NCBI RefSeq assembly: GCF_030684315.1
Contig: NC_081355.1
Coordinates: 80,438,924-80,502,923, forward strand
DNA: 64,000 nt
Direction: 5' to 3'
From: Stegostoma tigrinum
Lineage: Eukaryota
This document shows, piece after piece, positions 22,901-34,789 of this stretch. Each line of letters starts with the position of its first letter. Within the stretch, counting starts at the first letter, position 1. The position numbers and the translations under genes are program-made. A model generated the notes under the pieces. That model was not told where the DNA came from, searched no databases, and worked only from the letters and a program-made list of their open reading frames with translations.

Positions 22901-23805
22901 ATTTGTGAGGAAATGAAATTTAACCTCGCTAGTCAGGAGGTGAGCTTGTATGATAAAATTTAAAGGACATCGGACGGACAGTGTATAATGAATTAAGGGA
23001 ATTTACCAGCAATACAGTGATGATTGCTTGTGATGCTAATGGAAAGATGTTGGTAACAGCTGCCAGCTGGCTATACAACAGCTGTAAGTATTACATGTGG
23101 ATTATTATCATTTAATGATGAGAATGGTTCATTTGACCACAACATAATCTTATTCCAAGCACAAAAATGACTACATCTCCTGTTTCATTAGCTTCATGTG
23201 CATATACTGCAAGCCTATTTAATACTGAGAAAGATAGATCAGTTACAATGATAATAAGCAGCAGGTTGTGATTTTGTTGTTATTGCTTTAGAAGAGTTGG
23301 ACTTGTTCATAAGGTGAAACTGGAGTACTGAAAGAGTGATGGCCCCAAATCATTGTATGGATTTGGCTACTTTTAGACGTTTTTTAGTATGGTTGCAGCA
23401 CTGCTTTTTCTTCAGGTTTCTAACATGTTTTGCTTATACTTTTAATGTTCTTAATTCAATTACAAATATAAAAGCATTTACTTAAATCAGTTGCTCTGCT
23501 TTAATTGGTTGCAATGTTAAAAATGAGATCTCAATTGGTGCACTATTTGTTTTCTCCCACATTTTCTAATAATGCAATGCCAAAAGTGCAGGAGGAGATT
23601 TGATGAGGTTCCAGAACTAAGCCTTTAATCTCAATTTCATTGTTGGATATAAGTAGTTGCAGGGAAGAGGACATTTCAGCATCTTGGAAGTCAACACACT
23701 CCTCATCAATCATCACCACTGTCAATCCTTATTATCTTGGACTTTGGCAACACTGCCTTTCTTCACCTAAAGTGAAAGAAAGTTGTAACAAATGTATGAA
23801 GATGC

Positions 23806-24260
23806 AGAAATAATTGGAACTGCAGATGCTGGAGAATCCAAGATAACAAAGTGTGAGGCTGGATGAACACAGCAGGTCAAGCAGCATCTCAGGAGCACAA
23901 AAGCTGACGTTTTGGGCCTGGACCCTTCATCAGACAGGGGGATGGGGAGACGGAACTGGAATAAATAGGGAGAGAGGGGGAGGCGGACCGAAGATGGAGA
24001 GAAAAGAGGATAGGTGGAGAGGAGAGTATAGGTGGGGAGGTGGGGAGGAGATAGGTCAGTCCAGGGAAGACGGACAGGTCAAGGAGGCGGGATGAGGTGG
24101 TAGGTAGGAAGTGGAGGTGCGGCTTGGGGTGGGAGGAAGGGATAGGGGAGAGGAAGAACAGGTTAGGGAGGCGGAGACAGGCTGGGTTGGTTTTGGGATG
24201 CAGTGGGGGAAGGGGAGATTTTGAAGCTTGTGAAGTCCACATTGATACCATTGGGCTGCA
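23806..24260 (-). mobile_element. PLE family A 3' end: GIY-YIG C-terminus, pyrimidine-rich UTR and pseudo-LTR
   Basis: The minus strand from ~24258 reads QPNGINVDFTSFKI (PLE endonuclease C-terminal PxGxN motif). It is followed by the same pseudo-LTR as the foldbacks. The HHR at 23906-23933 has G12>A. Confidence 0.85.
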
Positions 24261-25571
24261 CCTTTTCTTGCGTAATAATTTTTTTGACAATTAAATTCCA
24301 CAGTTAATTCTCCAAAAGGTATTGCTGATATTTTTTTTAAGTTACCTACGCATGGAAGAAAAAAAATGCAAAGTGGGGCTTCAGCAAGATTGAAATCAAT
24401 GCAGCCACCACAGCAATACAAATAGAAAATGGCAGAGATGCTCAGTAAGGCCAACAACATCAGTGGAGATAGAACCAAAATTTTAACTGTCTTCTATGAC
24501 ATCTCATTAGATCTTTCTGACCTCAAACATTATGTTGGATTTTATGGCGACTACCCAATCTTTTGGTAGAAGCAAACGCATTTGGTTCAGTATCTCAACT
24601 GACAGACTGGAAACATTTTCTCCACCAGACATCCAAAATTGGGGACTGAAGGCATCCAGTCGAGTCAATATTGTGAGGGAGCCAGGTCAATGAATAAACA
24701 CTGTCTTGTAAATAACAACAAATAAGCTTATTCAAGTTTGTGTTTTAAGTTTTGGCCTTGTGACTTTTAGCTAATGGTCTTTCCTTTGAATTTAACCTGC
24801 AGGAAGTCTGCATGTCACAAGTGATACTTGAATCTTCATCTCACAGCTGCTCTGATGGCCCAAGGTGTAATCTGGTTTAATTCATCAGTCTTTAACTTTC
24901 ATGCATTTTTTTCTGATGCTTTAAACCTTTGAGCACTAACTTCGGGTATACACACATTTATCACATGATCAACTGTCCAAAAGCTAAAAGATCTGCAAAA
25001 GATATGGATCTAACCAGAATTCATGCCCTTTGGATAGACATTGAAAGAATTCATAGATTGTGAGCAGATCCAGGGAAAATGTTTATTAAATGAGTTCTCA
25101 GATAGGCAGCTGGGAAACAGAATAGTTGAATTAGCAATTATATCCACCCAATCTTTCTTGAAAGACATTGCATTGCAAAGGAAATGACTAACTCAAAGGA
25201 AACAAGATGTCAATTAAGTTCATAGGCTTTATAGGAAGTAGCATGCAACAGCTGAATAATTGCCAAGTAACTAGTAAAAAGAAATTATTATAAGCATAGG
25301 ATTTAGGGGCATTAGAAAGTAGCCAAGTGTCTGTGAAAGTAGCCAGATGAGAGGACTAGTTGAACTGTAAGTATTCATAAAGAGGCAGCATGAGCAAGAA
25401 GATAAAAGTTTGTTCTTGTGGACACATTGAACAATGGAAGCATGTCTTTCTCTGCCATAGAGATAAAACATTAGTTTTAAAAGATTACACATAAATTAAA
25501 GAAAAATACACAGGCAGACAGCAGTTTTTGTAGGGCACAGAAGAGTCAAATTTACTATTAATTCCTTTAGA

Positions 25572-25910
25572 GGTCATAGAATCCCTGTAGTGTGGATACA
25601 GGTCTTTTAACCCAAGAGGTCCACATTGACTTTCTGAAGATTATACCACCCAGACTCACCCCCGTAACCTATCCCTGTAATCCTGTATTTCTCATGGCTA
25701 ATCCATTTAACCTACACATCCCTGGACACTGTGGACAATTTAGTATGGCCAATCTACCTAACCTGCACATCCTTGGGTTGTGGGAGGTAACCCAGCCAGA
25801 CACAAAGAGGATGTGCAAACTCCACACAGACATCGCCTGAGGGTAGAATTGAACATGGGCCCCTGAGGCCGTGAGGCAGCAGTGCTAACCATTGAACCCA
25901 TGATACACCA
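25572..25910 (-). mobile_element. HE1-type V-SINE (older copy)
   Basis: tgtgcaaactccacacagaca...gtgaggcagcagtgctaacca is the reverse-complement match to 14470-14790. Confidence 0.88.
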
Positions 25911-27379
25911 GATTATGAGTATAGCTTTCCTTCAATTGTTTTGATTTATTAACAAATTTTTAAATTGATCATAAACATTATGTGTACAATTAAAGTAGAA
26001 AAGGCATGTTATAGCTATCTTTGATATTCCATGATATAATATTCATATTCATTCATAACGCAAGGCTAAAATTGACATGGGCAATTGCAAATATGCTACC
26101 CCCACAAATTCTAAGAAACATATACCCATACAGACAGGAAGCCAAAACAAAACTCTTTTCGCATACAATGATTCACTAATCCCATATGCAGGATCAACAG
26201 TACTAAAGTGCAGACAAAATCAATCTGTTAAGATGTCAGAAATGTTCAACATCGTAAACACTGCTGAACCAGTGTAGGTATTGTAGGTACATAGAATAGT
26301 ATGACTACAGACATGCTATAATCCATAGGATCAGTTAAACATCATTAAATACAACAAAAACTAGAGCAGATTATTCAAGAACATTACAGAGCTGAAGGAA
26401 TGATAGAAGGAAAACAGAATATTTTCCCTGAGTTGGCAGAGCTAAAATCTCAACTCTCTGCTGTGGACAGAAATAATTAAAGATCAGGAGATAACGCCTG
26501 AACTACTAGTTCAGGATAAATCGAAAACGTTCTCTGGAAAAATAGTATCTTTTGGAGAGATCGCTTCTGAGTTCATACTGATGAATGAAGAGCTGAAAGA
26601 AAAACGAAGAAATTAGAATGAACTACATGCATTGCATCATCAACCCAATTAAAAGATTGCCAGTTCAGAGGAAAATATGGGGAACCACGCATATAAATCA
26701 AATCAGGCTCAGCAGGAGCAGGTACAGAACATTGATGTGAACTCTATTAATGCTGGTAAAAAAAATGAGAGAGTTACAAAATTAGGTTGGGGTGCACAGC
26801 ACATACAACAGGAATCTGAGTTCTATTCAACAATACCCCTGTGGCAAAAAAAAGTGCAGGCAGGACACAGATAAAGCCAAATAATCACTGAAGAAACAAG
26901 TAGAAGTTTCCAATCTTCAAAGGAAACAAAAAGGAGGAAGAACAGTTGCAAAGATTGGACAGTTCTTAGACCACTACTGGAAGGGTAAAAAATAAACTAA
27001 GAGTAGGTGAAGCTTCCATTGAAATCAAAAATTACAGAATGTCAAACCAGGCGTCATCTGGAAGCTGAAGAAAAATAATTAACACCAAAAAGATTTAAAC
27101 CACTCAAAACAACTTGAGAAATGAAATCTGGTACAAAATTCTGGGGGATAAACAAATTCTCAAAAAGCAATCATAGTACATGAAAGAAAATCTTCACAAT
27201 GCAAACCAGAACAAACAATATCAATGATTATTTTAGAAATCAAAAACACTTACAAACAAAGCTACAATCACAAAAAAAAGGTATTTCAGTAAATGATCTA
27301 TATCCGAGAGGTATATATGCTCATTTGTCATTGTGAATAGTCAAAATTTCTTTTAGAAAGAAAGGTTTATTTAAATGTA

Positions 27380-27690
27380 AGATAACAAGGTGCAGAGCGG
27401 GATGAACACAGCAGGCCAAGCAGCATCATAGGAGCAGGAAGGCTGACATTTTGAGCCTAGACCCTTCTTCAGAAAAGGTTGTTTCAGAGGAAGCAGGGTA
27501 ACTTCTTCAGGGTAGGCATCCTCAGAAGAGGCTTTGCAGTGGGGTTAGAATTGTTTCAGAGATAGCAGGAAATGCAGATGCTGGAGAATCTGAAATAACA
27601 AGGTGCATAGGTGAATGAACACAGCAGGCCAAGCAGCTTCAAAGGAGCAGAAAGGCTGACGTTTCGGGCCTAGACCCTTCTCCAGAAAAT
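27380..27690 (-). mobile_element. Tandem PLE pseudo-LTR pair (two HHR-like cores 213 nt apart)
   Basis: Direct repeats at 27380-27476 and ~27594-27689. Cores at 27445-27472 and 27658-27685. Confidence 0.85.
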
Positions 27691-29899
27691 TTCTCTGTAG
27701 CATTCAGAAGTCGATATGTTGTGTGTATATAGTGCTGTGACTCTGCTTAGTAATGACTCTGCAATGAGTCTTCAGCCTACACACTGAGCAATTTTTTGAT
27801 TAGATGTAATATTTGCTTTATAACTTGTGATGTTATGTTTCTACCGTTTTAAATAAAGTAACCCATATGATGAATGATTTATTATTAGACCATCTCCACT
27901 ATCATGATGCTTCTCCTCCTACTCACACCTTCAGAGCAGCATTTGTAACTCCGATATCCTTTCTCTTCTCTTTTATTCTATTTTTTAGTTTAAATTGCAA
28001 CAATGTCATTTGCACAGCTTTCTTTTAAGGTAAATAGATTGCCTTAAAGAAAACCAGACTAGACGCATCACATGCTGATTGGGTTCCTGCTCACTGCAGA
28101 AAAAGCGAGCTGCCAGACGTGCTTGAACTGATGCCACAATCATGCTAACAGAGTTAGGCATCAAGTTTATGGCCTTGTGCACTTCCAGTGGAATTGACAT
28201 GGGCAGGTCGTAGATTGCAATCCTCATACCGGAGTAATGGGGAGAACCAAATCGTAGCCCATCACATTTATTCCTTCTACTTATTTCCAAAAAAGTAAAG
28301 ATAACTCGCGTGGAGATTTCAATCTTTCAGTTTGTGAATTGATTTCATAGATTTTGAAAAGGTGAAACAGAATTTATGTTTTCTTATTCTTAATTTTTCT
28401 TTCTGTAATTTTTTTCGTCTCATTTTTAATCCAAACTTTCATTTCCCCATTTTATTTGTCGTCGTGTACAGATGCGACTTTGGTTTCATCTACTTTCAAT
28501 ATTTCACAATTATATAATTTACGAGTAAAAGGATCATTGTTTCTGCCTTCATTTCTACATCTCCCAGATATTGTGTTGCCCTTGCTATGTTCTTATCTGC
28601 ATATACCTCTAGTAACTTTGTTGGCAACCTTTAAAAATAGTAGTAAGAACATATAATTGTAAGCCTGATTAATGGTGCATGCCATGAGATAGCCTGTTGT
28701 AGCTGAAACTCATACACAAAATAAAGAATCTATGCATTTATTAAAGGCGGAGAAAAGTGAATGTATAAATGCAACAAATCAATCCTAACCACATTATTAA
28801 ATGAACAGCACAAAAGCATCACTCACTATTCTAAAATCTACAAAAATACCTTTGACTAACAGACAATCAACGACACTAAATATTCTTCAAGGTGCAATGG
28901 AAAAGAACAGAAAGATCAGAGCTACTATACTGTTAGAAAAAGCCACCGAACAATTGCTGATGTGTCCTGAAAAAGTTGTATGACAAATATGTCAACTGAA
29001 ATTTGGCAAAGACATTGTCTCTTTTTTTGCAGCCACTGCAGCATTTGACAAGTGAAATAATTAATGTACCATCCATAATAATAAATTGATCTCCTATAGT
29101 AAAGTTTATGATAAACATCCATTCAGAATAAGTGTAAGCTTCTGCCAGTCAAAGCAGTTAACGTTGTGCCCTTTTCGTACTTGGAAAATATTGTACTTAG
29201 ACCACATCATTAAAGACATAATCTTTTTTGACAATAGAGTTTTGTCTGATCTCAATGTTATCCAAACTCTGTTAGGATAGGCAAGTTTCCGCATTATTAT
29301 AACTATTACCAAGATAAACCTCTCCAAGCTTCCAAAAAAACTCCATCTTCCTGCTATTCAATTACATTAATTTACTCCTAGTACAATAATTTATTCTTTA
29401 TTATTTCCAAACCTGGTGAGGATTTGGAGCACCATTTTCTGAGGCCAAGTTTCTTTTTAAAGCTGCATTGTGTCATTTATCATTATTGCTAGCCTCCTTC
29501 CCTTTCTCCTTCTGTACTTCTGCTGACAGTGGAATGCCAAAAATATTGGGGACAGTATTTATGCATGTCAGTAGTTCCTTCTTGGAAAATCTTGGTATAA
29601 TGCTCATGATTTTCCCTTAATTTGCAGTAGACGCATTTTTTAAAGCTGGATGCTCACAGTTTTGAAATGATTTCTAGGATTGCTTCATGTGGCTATTTCA
29701 CACCTTAATTAGGTTTTCTACACTCTACCTGCATTCAAAATGATAAATAAGTTTGGCAATACATGTTGCACCTAGGCAAGTTAAAAAAAAGGTGGAACTT
29801 CCAAGTTCAGGGCATTAATCAAAGTATAATGGTAAGCAGATAAATTCCTATTGAGGGACCTAGCTCACTAGAGAATGACAAGTGATCAGGAGTTGACAT

Positions 29900-31170
29900 G
29901 ATCAATGGCAAGCAAGGAATTTTCAATGGCTTGTTTCAAATGTCTGCAAAATTCCCTAGTTTAAATTGGGACACAAGAGGCTTCCTAACAGAATTTAAAA
30001 TGTTTAAAAATTATGCAGAGTTATGGACCATAGAAAATTGGAGAGCAAGCCTGAAAAATTGTTGCCTACAAAACTACAGAACTCTGTAAGAGACAGTTGA
30101 GAAATTCCATCCCTGCTCCAGATATGAAGTGAAGACAGAGGAGGTCGAAAAAAACAACTTTCAAAGGCTGGACCATAGATGCATAGTGATCAGTGAAGAA
30201 TATCCCACACAAATAATCACAGGCAGATCTGGTGGGAAACCCTTAGAAGGAATAAGACATTGATTTAGTCATCTGTTGGCTAGACAGCAACAATAAAAGC
30301 CAAATCCTTATCAAGGACAGCTTAAAATAAAAATCTTGCAAGCATGAATCAAGATTAACACTGTTGCATGTGGTGACAAAGTAGCACAGAGAAAAGTAAT
30401 TGAAAAAGTGGCAGTAATGTTCAATAGTCCAGGAGAAGGGAGTAAAGAGATTACTGAAGTAACTTAGAACAAAATAGTTTGCAACAGCATTTCACAAGCT
30501 AAGAAATAAATGCACAATCCAGCTGAAAGAGTCTCTGGCATAGTGACCACATCAAGAGTCAATGCAAGGTTTAGCAGCATGGGAAAGGTTACAATACTGG
30601 AAAGAATAAATTAAAATGTCGAATAAACCACCCAAAAACTTAAAAAGCCATAGATCCTGAATTTATATGAACTGAGAACTTTGGAAGGGCCAATTCAAAC
30701 TCAAAACTAAGCACTTTGGGAATATAAAAAGATTCCTGAGATATTGATTTACTTCAGTGTGGACATTAAGTCTGAAGCTGAACAAGTCAACACATTACTT
30801 AGTTTGAGCCGGAACATATGGTGTAATTGCAAGACAAGGCATGAATGAGACTTCAGATGAATTTGAAATAGTCTCAAAAGCATTTGATAACATGTTAATC
30901 AGGGAGAAATAAAATTTTGCAAAGGGCCAAATTCAGCAAATGGCTCCAGAAGTCAGATGAATGAGCAGATGGTTGTATTTTTGCAAGTTAGTTGAAGGAT
31001 GTAATTATGCAGAATTAAAAGAAAGACTAGTTCATAACCATATTGTAGTTAGCATCATTGACAAATTCGTATCAAACTTATTACAATCTAAGGAAAACCT
31101 CACTGTAGAAAAGGCATTACAGCTGATGAGACAAACTGAAATCTAGAAATAGAACAGATCAGTTTTCAGT
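29900..31170 (+). mobile_element. Ty3/Gypsy gag remnants
   Basis: FPSLNWDTRGFLTEFKMFKNYAELW, KSEAEQVNTLL and LVEGCNYAELKERLVHNHIVVSIIDKFVSNLLQSKENLTVEKALQLMRQTE resemble the gag motif CxYxxLxExxIRDRIVxGIxD...LTLEKA. Confidence 0.7.
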
Positions 31171-31194
31171 GATGAAGATATACTTTGATTCATA

Positions 31195-31350
31195 GGGCTG
31201 CTCTCTCATCAGAAAGAAAGGCACAACTGGTGGTGATTTAACCCAAGGGTCACTATGGCTCAGATGAGGGGTGAGGTTGAGAAGACAGTCCTTCATGATA
31301 GCCTCAGCCAGGACAAGAATTGATTGTGCACAGTTAGCAAAACTACATCA
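31195..31350 (-). mobile_element. Unclassified short interspersed repeat; second copy at 47035-47190 (+)
   Basis: ggtggtgatttaacccaagggtcac...ctcagatgaggggtgaggttgagaag is the reverse-complement homologue of ccttctcaaactctacccgtgcctgaggtttggtaactctcagattaaaccatcacc. Confidence 0.6.
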
Positions 31351-31359
31351 CAATCCACG

Positions 31360-32600
31360 GGATGTAGATGTCCCAGGCTGAACCAGTATTTATTGCTAAT
31401 CCCTAACTTCCCTTAGAAAGTGGTGACAAGCTGCCTTGTGAACTGCAGCAGTCTATTATTATTATTTGACCCTGACTACCATTATGGTGGGAGTTGTAGG
31501 ATTTTAATCTGGCAGTTTTGAAGGGATGATAATATGTTTCTATGTTAGAATGAAGAGTGGCTTGGATGTGAACTTTGAGGTGGTGGTGTGTTCCCGTGTA
31601 CCTGCTATCCCTGTCCTACTGGATGGTAGAGCATGTGGGTTTGAAAAGTGCTGTCTAAGTAGTCTTGGTAAATGTTTTACAGTGCATTTTGCAGATAGTA
31701 CACACTGTTACTACTACACGTCAGCGGTGGGGGATTGATTTGTTGTAGTGGCATACAGGTAGTGCCAGTCAAGTGTGCTGCTTTCTCTGATATTATCAAG
31801 TTTCTTGTGTTGTTGCACTCACCCAGGCAATTGGGAAGTATTCCATCACAATCCTGGCTTGTTCCTTTCAGATGGTGAACAGTCTTTGGGGGGGTCAGGA
31901 AGGGAATTACACTCTGCAAGACTCTTAGAATAAATTAGCCATTGAATGTCAAGTGGTGATCTCTTGTTGGAGATGGTCGCTGCTTGGTGCTTGTGTGGTG
32001 TGAATATTACTTCTCAGCCCAAGCTTGGGTATTGTCCGGAATTTGCTGCATTTGGATATGAACTGCTTCAGGTTCTAAGGAGTCGTGAATGTGTTGATTG
32101 TGCAATCATGTACGAACATCTTCACTTCTGACCTTATAATGAGGTGAAGATTATTGATGCAACAGCTAAAGATGGTTTGGCCCATGTATACTAACATGAG
32201 GAACTCCTGAAGAGACATCCTGGAAATGAGATGAGTGGCATCTAACAATCACAACCATCTTTTTTTTCTGGAGTTATAAATCTAACCATTGGAGAGTCTT
32301 CCCACAGTTGCCATTGAATCCAGTTTAGCTTGGGATCTTTGATACTATACTCATTTGAATACAGCCTTGTTGTTCTCTCACTCACCTTATCACTCTGACC
32401 TCACCTGTGAAAATGTGGCTCTTTTTGGCGATGTTTAAACCAAGGCTGTAGTGAGGATAGGAGCTGAGTGGCCCTGGTGAAACCCAAACTGGGTGTCACT
32501 GAGCAGGTTATTTCTGAGCAGGTGCTACTTGACAGCTCTGTTGATGCCACCTTCCAGCGATTTACTGATTGGCTGGGAACTAGCCATGTTGGACCTGTAC
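31360..32600 (-). mobile_element. LINE family B, RT to 3' end, degenerate
   Basis: Collinear with 39335-40570 (e.g. ggagctgagtggccctggtg, gaggaactcctg). Confidence 0.8.
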
Positions 32601-32619
32601 TTTAATAAGCCAAAGTGGC

Positions 32620-33930
32620 TTGGGGTGCAGACACTCGCAGGAACATCCACGTCAGAGGCATGGGGTCATTCAAGAGAATATTAGTGAGCTTGCAGGGCCA
32701 ATAGATTCCTTAAAAAAGATGAAGGGCAGGGCCAAAGAGTGCAGAGGACACTTGACATCAAGAGATGCATAGGACTGGATTGGCAAAAGGAATCTGATGG
32801 TGCATATTGAAGACACAAAACTGTGGATATGCTCAAAGATTATAGAATTGCAGGAGTTGCTTAAAAACTGAAATTAGGAAAGTGAAGAGGGGGCATGGAA
32901 GATTACCGTGATGTTAGGACTATCTGGAAGCATTTTGTATGGAATTATGGAGCAAGGGAACAACCAGGAAATAATTAGGGCCCATTAGAGACCAAAGTTG
33001 CAATCTGGATTGAGCCATAAGACAAAGCTGAGATTTTAAATGAGGACCAAGTATTTGCACTCATGTTAGATGAGAACATTGCAGGTTTAGAATTCAGAGA
33101 AGAGGACTGTGATTTACTTGAAGATTAAGCATTGAGAAGGAGGAAGCAGCAACGGTTCTAGTGTACTTTATAGGCTCAAGTCCAGATGAGATGCATCCAA
33201 TGCTGCTGTGGAAGACAAGGGAGAAGGTTTATAGGGGCTCTGTTATTAATTTTAAAATCTTTTCTGTCCACAGGAGGGTTGCCAGAGGACTGAAGGACAG
33301 CTAATATGGTACCATTACCAAATGGGATGGTAGGGATAAACCAGAACTCTGCAGGTCAATTAGTCTAATATTTATGTATGAAAATTACTGGGGGACAGAA
33401 TTAATTTCCATTTTAAGAGGCAAGGATTAATCAAGGCTATTCTGCATGGCCTGTTGGGGGACCATGTCTTTAAAAAAATTGAGCTTTTCAAGGGGGTGCT
33501 CGGATGCGTAGATGAAGGTAAGGCAGTTGATGTTGACTATATGGGCTTCGGTAAGAATTTTGACAAGGCCTCATGTGGTGGACTGGTCAAGAAGCTAAGA
33601 AATAAAAACAAAATCCTGAGGAAGGGTCACTAGACCCAAAACGTTAACTGATTTTTCTTTTGCAGATGCTGCCAGACCTGCTGAGCTTTTCCAACACCTT
33701 TGTTTTTGTTCCTAATTTACAGCATCCGCAGTTCTTTAAGTTTTCATTTAGAAGCTAAGAAACATGGAGATCCAGAGCAATTTGGCAACTTAGTGTTTTG
33801 GTGTCAGTGGATGGAGCTGGTTTGAAGGGAAGAATGGGCTACAACTTTTCCTTCATTCCTTGTTTCTAATTCTGCCGAACCTGTGATCATTTTCCTGGTA
33901 TTTTGTGACTGGAAGTCTGTGTCCAGTAGC
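32620..33930 (+). mobile_element. Degenerate CR1 ORF2 fragment
   Basis: Motifs PDEMHPMLL, VPEDxRTANMVP and AVDVDYMGFGKNFDK. Contains a PLE insertion and a templated insertion. Confidence 0.8.
33603..33749 (+). mobile_element. PLE pseudo-LTR (subfamily C) with HHR-like core at 33626-33655
   Basis: CUGAGGA-A-GGGUC(ACUA)GACCC-AAAA-CGUU. 13-bp TSD agaagctaagaaa at 33590-33602 and 33750-33762. Confidence 0.82.
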
Positions 33931-34789
33931 AAAATGACATCCACATAGAACATTAGTCATTGATGAATTTCCAATTTATACTTCCTTTCTGGTCCCTAAC
34001 TCAGACGTTAAAGCTGAAAGTCAGGATAAAACTATTGAAGCATTGTAAAACAAGAACAAAAAAGTTCTAACTGCACTCTTAAATCTCAGGTCTACTCCAC
34101 TAAAATGTGGGTTCGATTCATTAGGATGTTAATAGGCAGCTTCTCAACCAAGCAACAACAAAAAAAAACTTCCAGATCCAGAAGCTCTGGATGATCACAG
34201 AGTTGAAAACTGAGAGCAGTCTTATCAAAAACACTAGGCTACCGACAGTAATTGGAAGTATCATACCAGGATTGTTCCCAAGTTGATAGAAGAAGAAAAA
34301 GCATGAGTAAGAGATAAGTCAGGGATGAGTCATTGTCTGGAGAAACGTTAATCAGCATATCTTATTTTGTACAAACTTCAGAAGGTGCTATACACAGAAG
34401 CAGGAGGAATCTTATTGCTATTCATTAAAGGCAGTGGTTAGATTTTGAGGAAGAAATTAACACAATAAAGAACCAAATACTGGAAATTTGAACAGAGGTT
34501 CTCCAAACCAAAACACAAGAGTTTGGATGGAGACTGACTATCTTCCAACTTTGACGAGACCATGATTATGGAGAGTCGTGAACCCTCCTGACAGATCAAA
34601 CTTGTGATGTCACAGACTTGTCGGTAAATGGGGTAATATGTATATCTGAATGTTAAAAATAAAATATGAGTGAAGGCTCAGGGAAGTATTAGCATCTAGG
34701 ATCCTGTGAATAGCACCTCTCATAATAATGATGTTATTGATCATATGATCAAGAGACTACCAGGGAAATGATCACAGGTTCGGCAGAAT

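Noticed and set aside
28006-28290. 94-aa ORF in non-repetitive-looking sequence
   Set aside because: It has a non-ATG start and no recognisable motif. It could be conserved non-coding or old repeat sequence, but the sequence alone cannot support a call.
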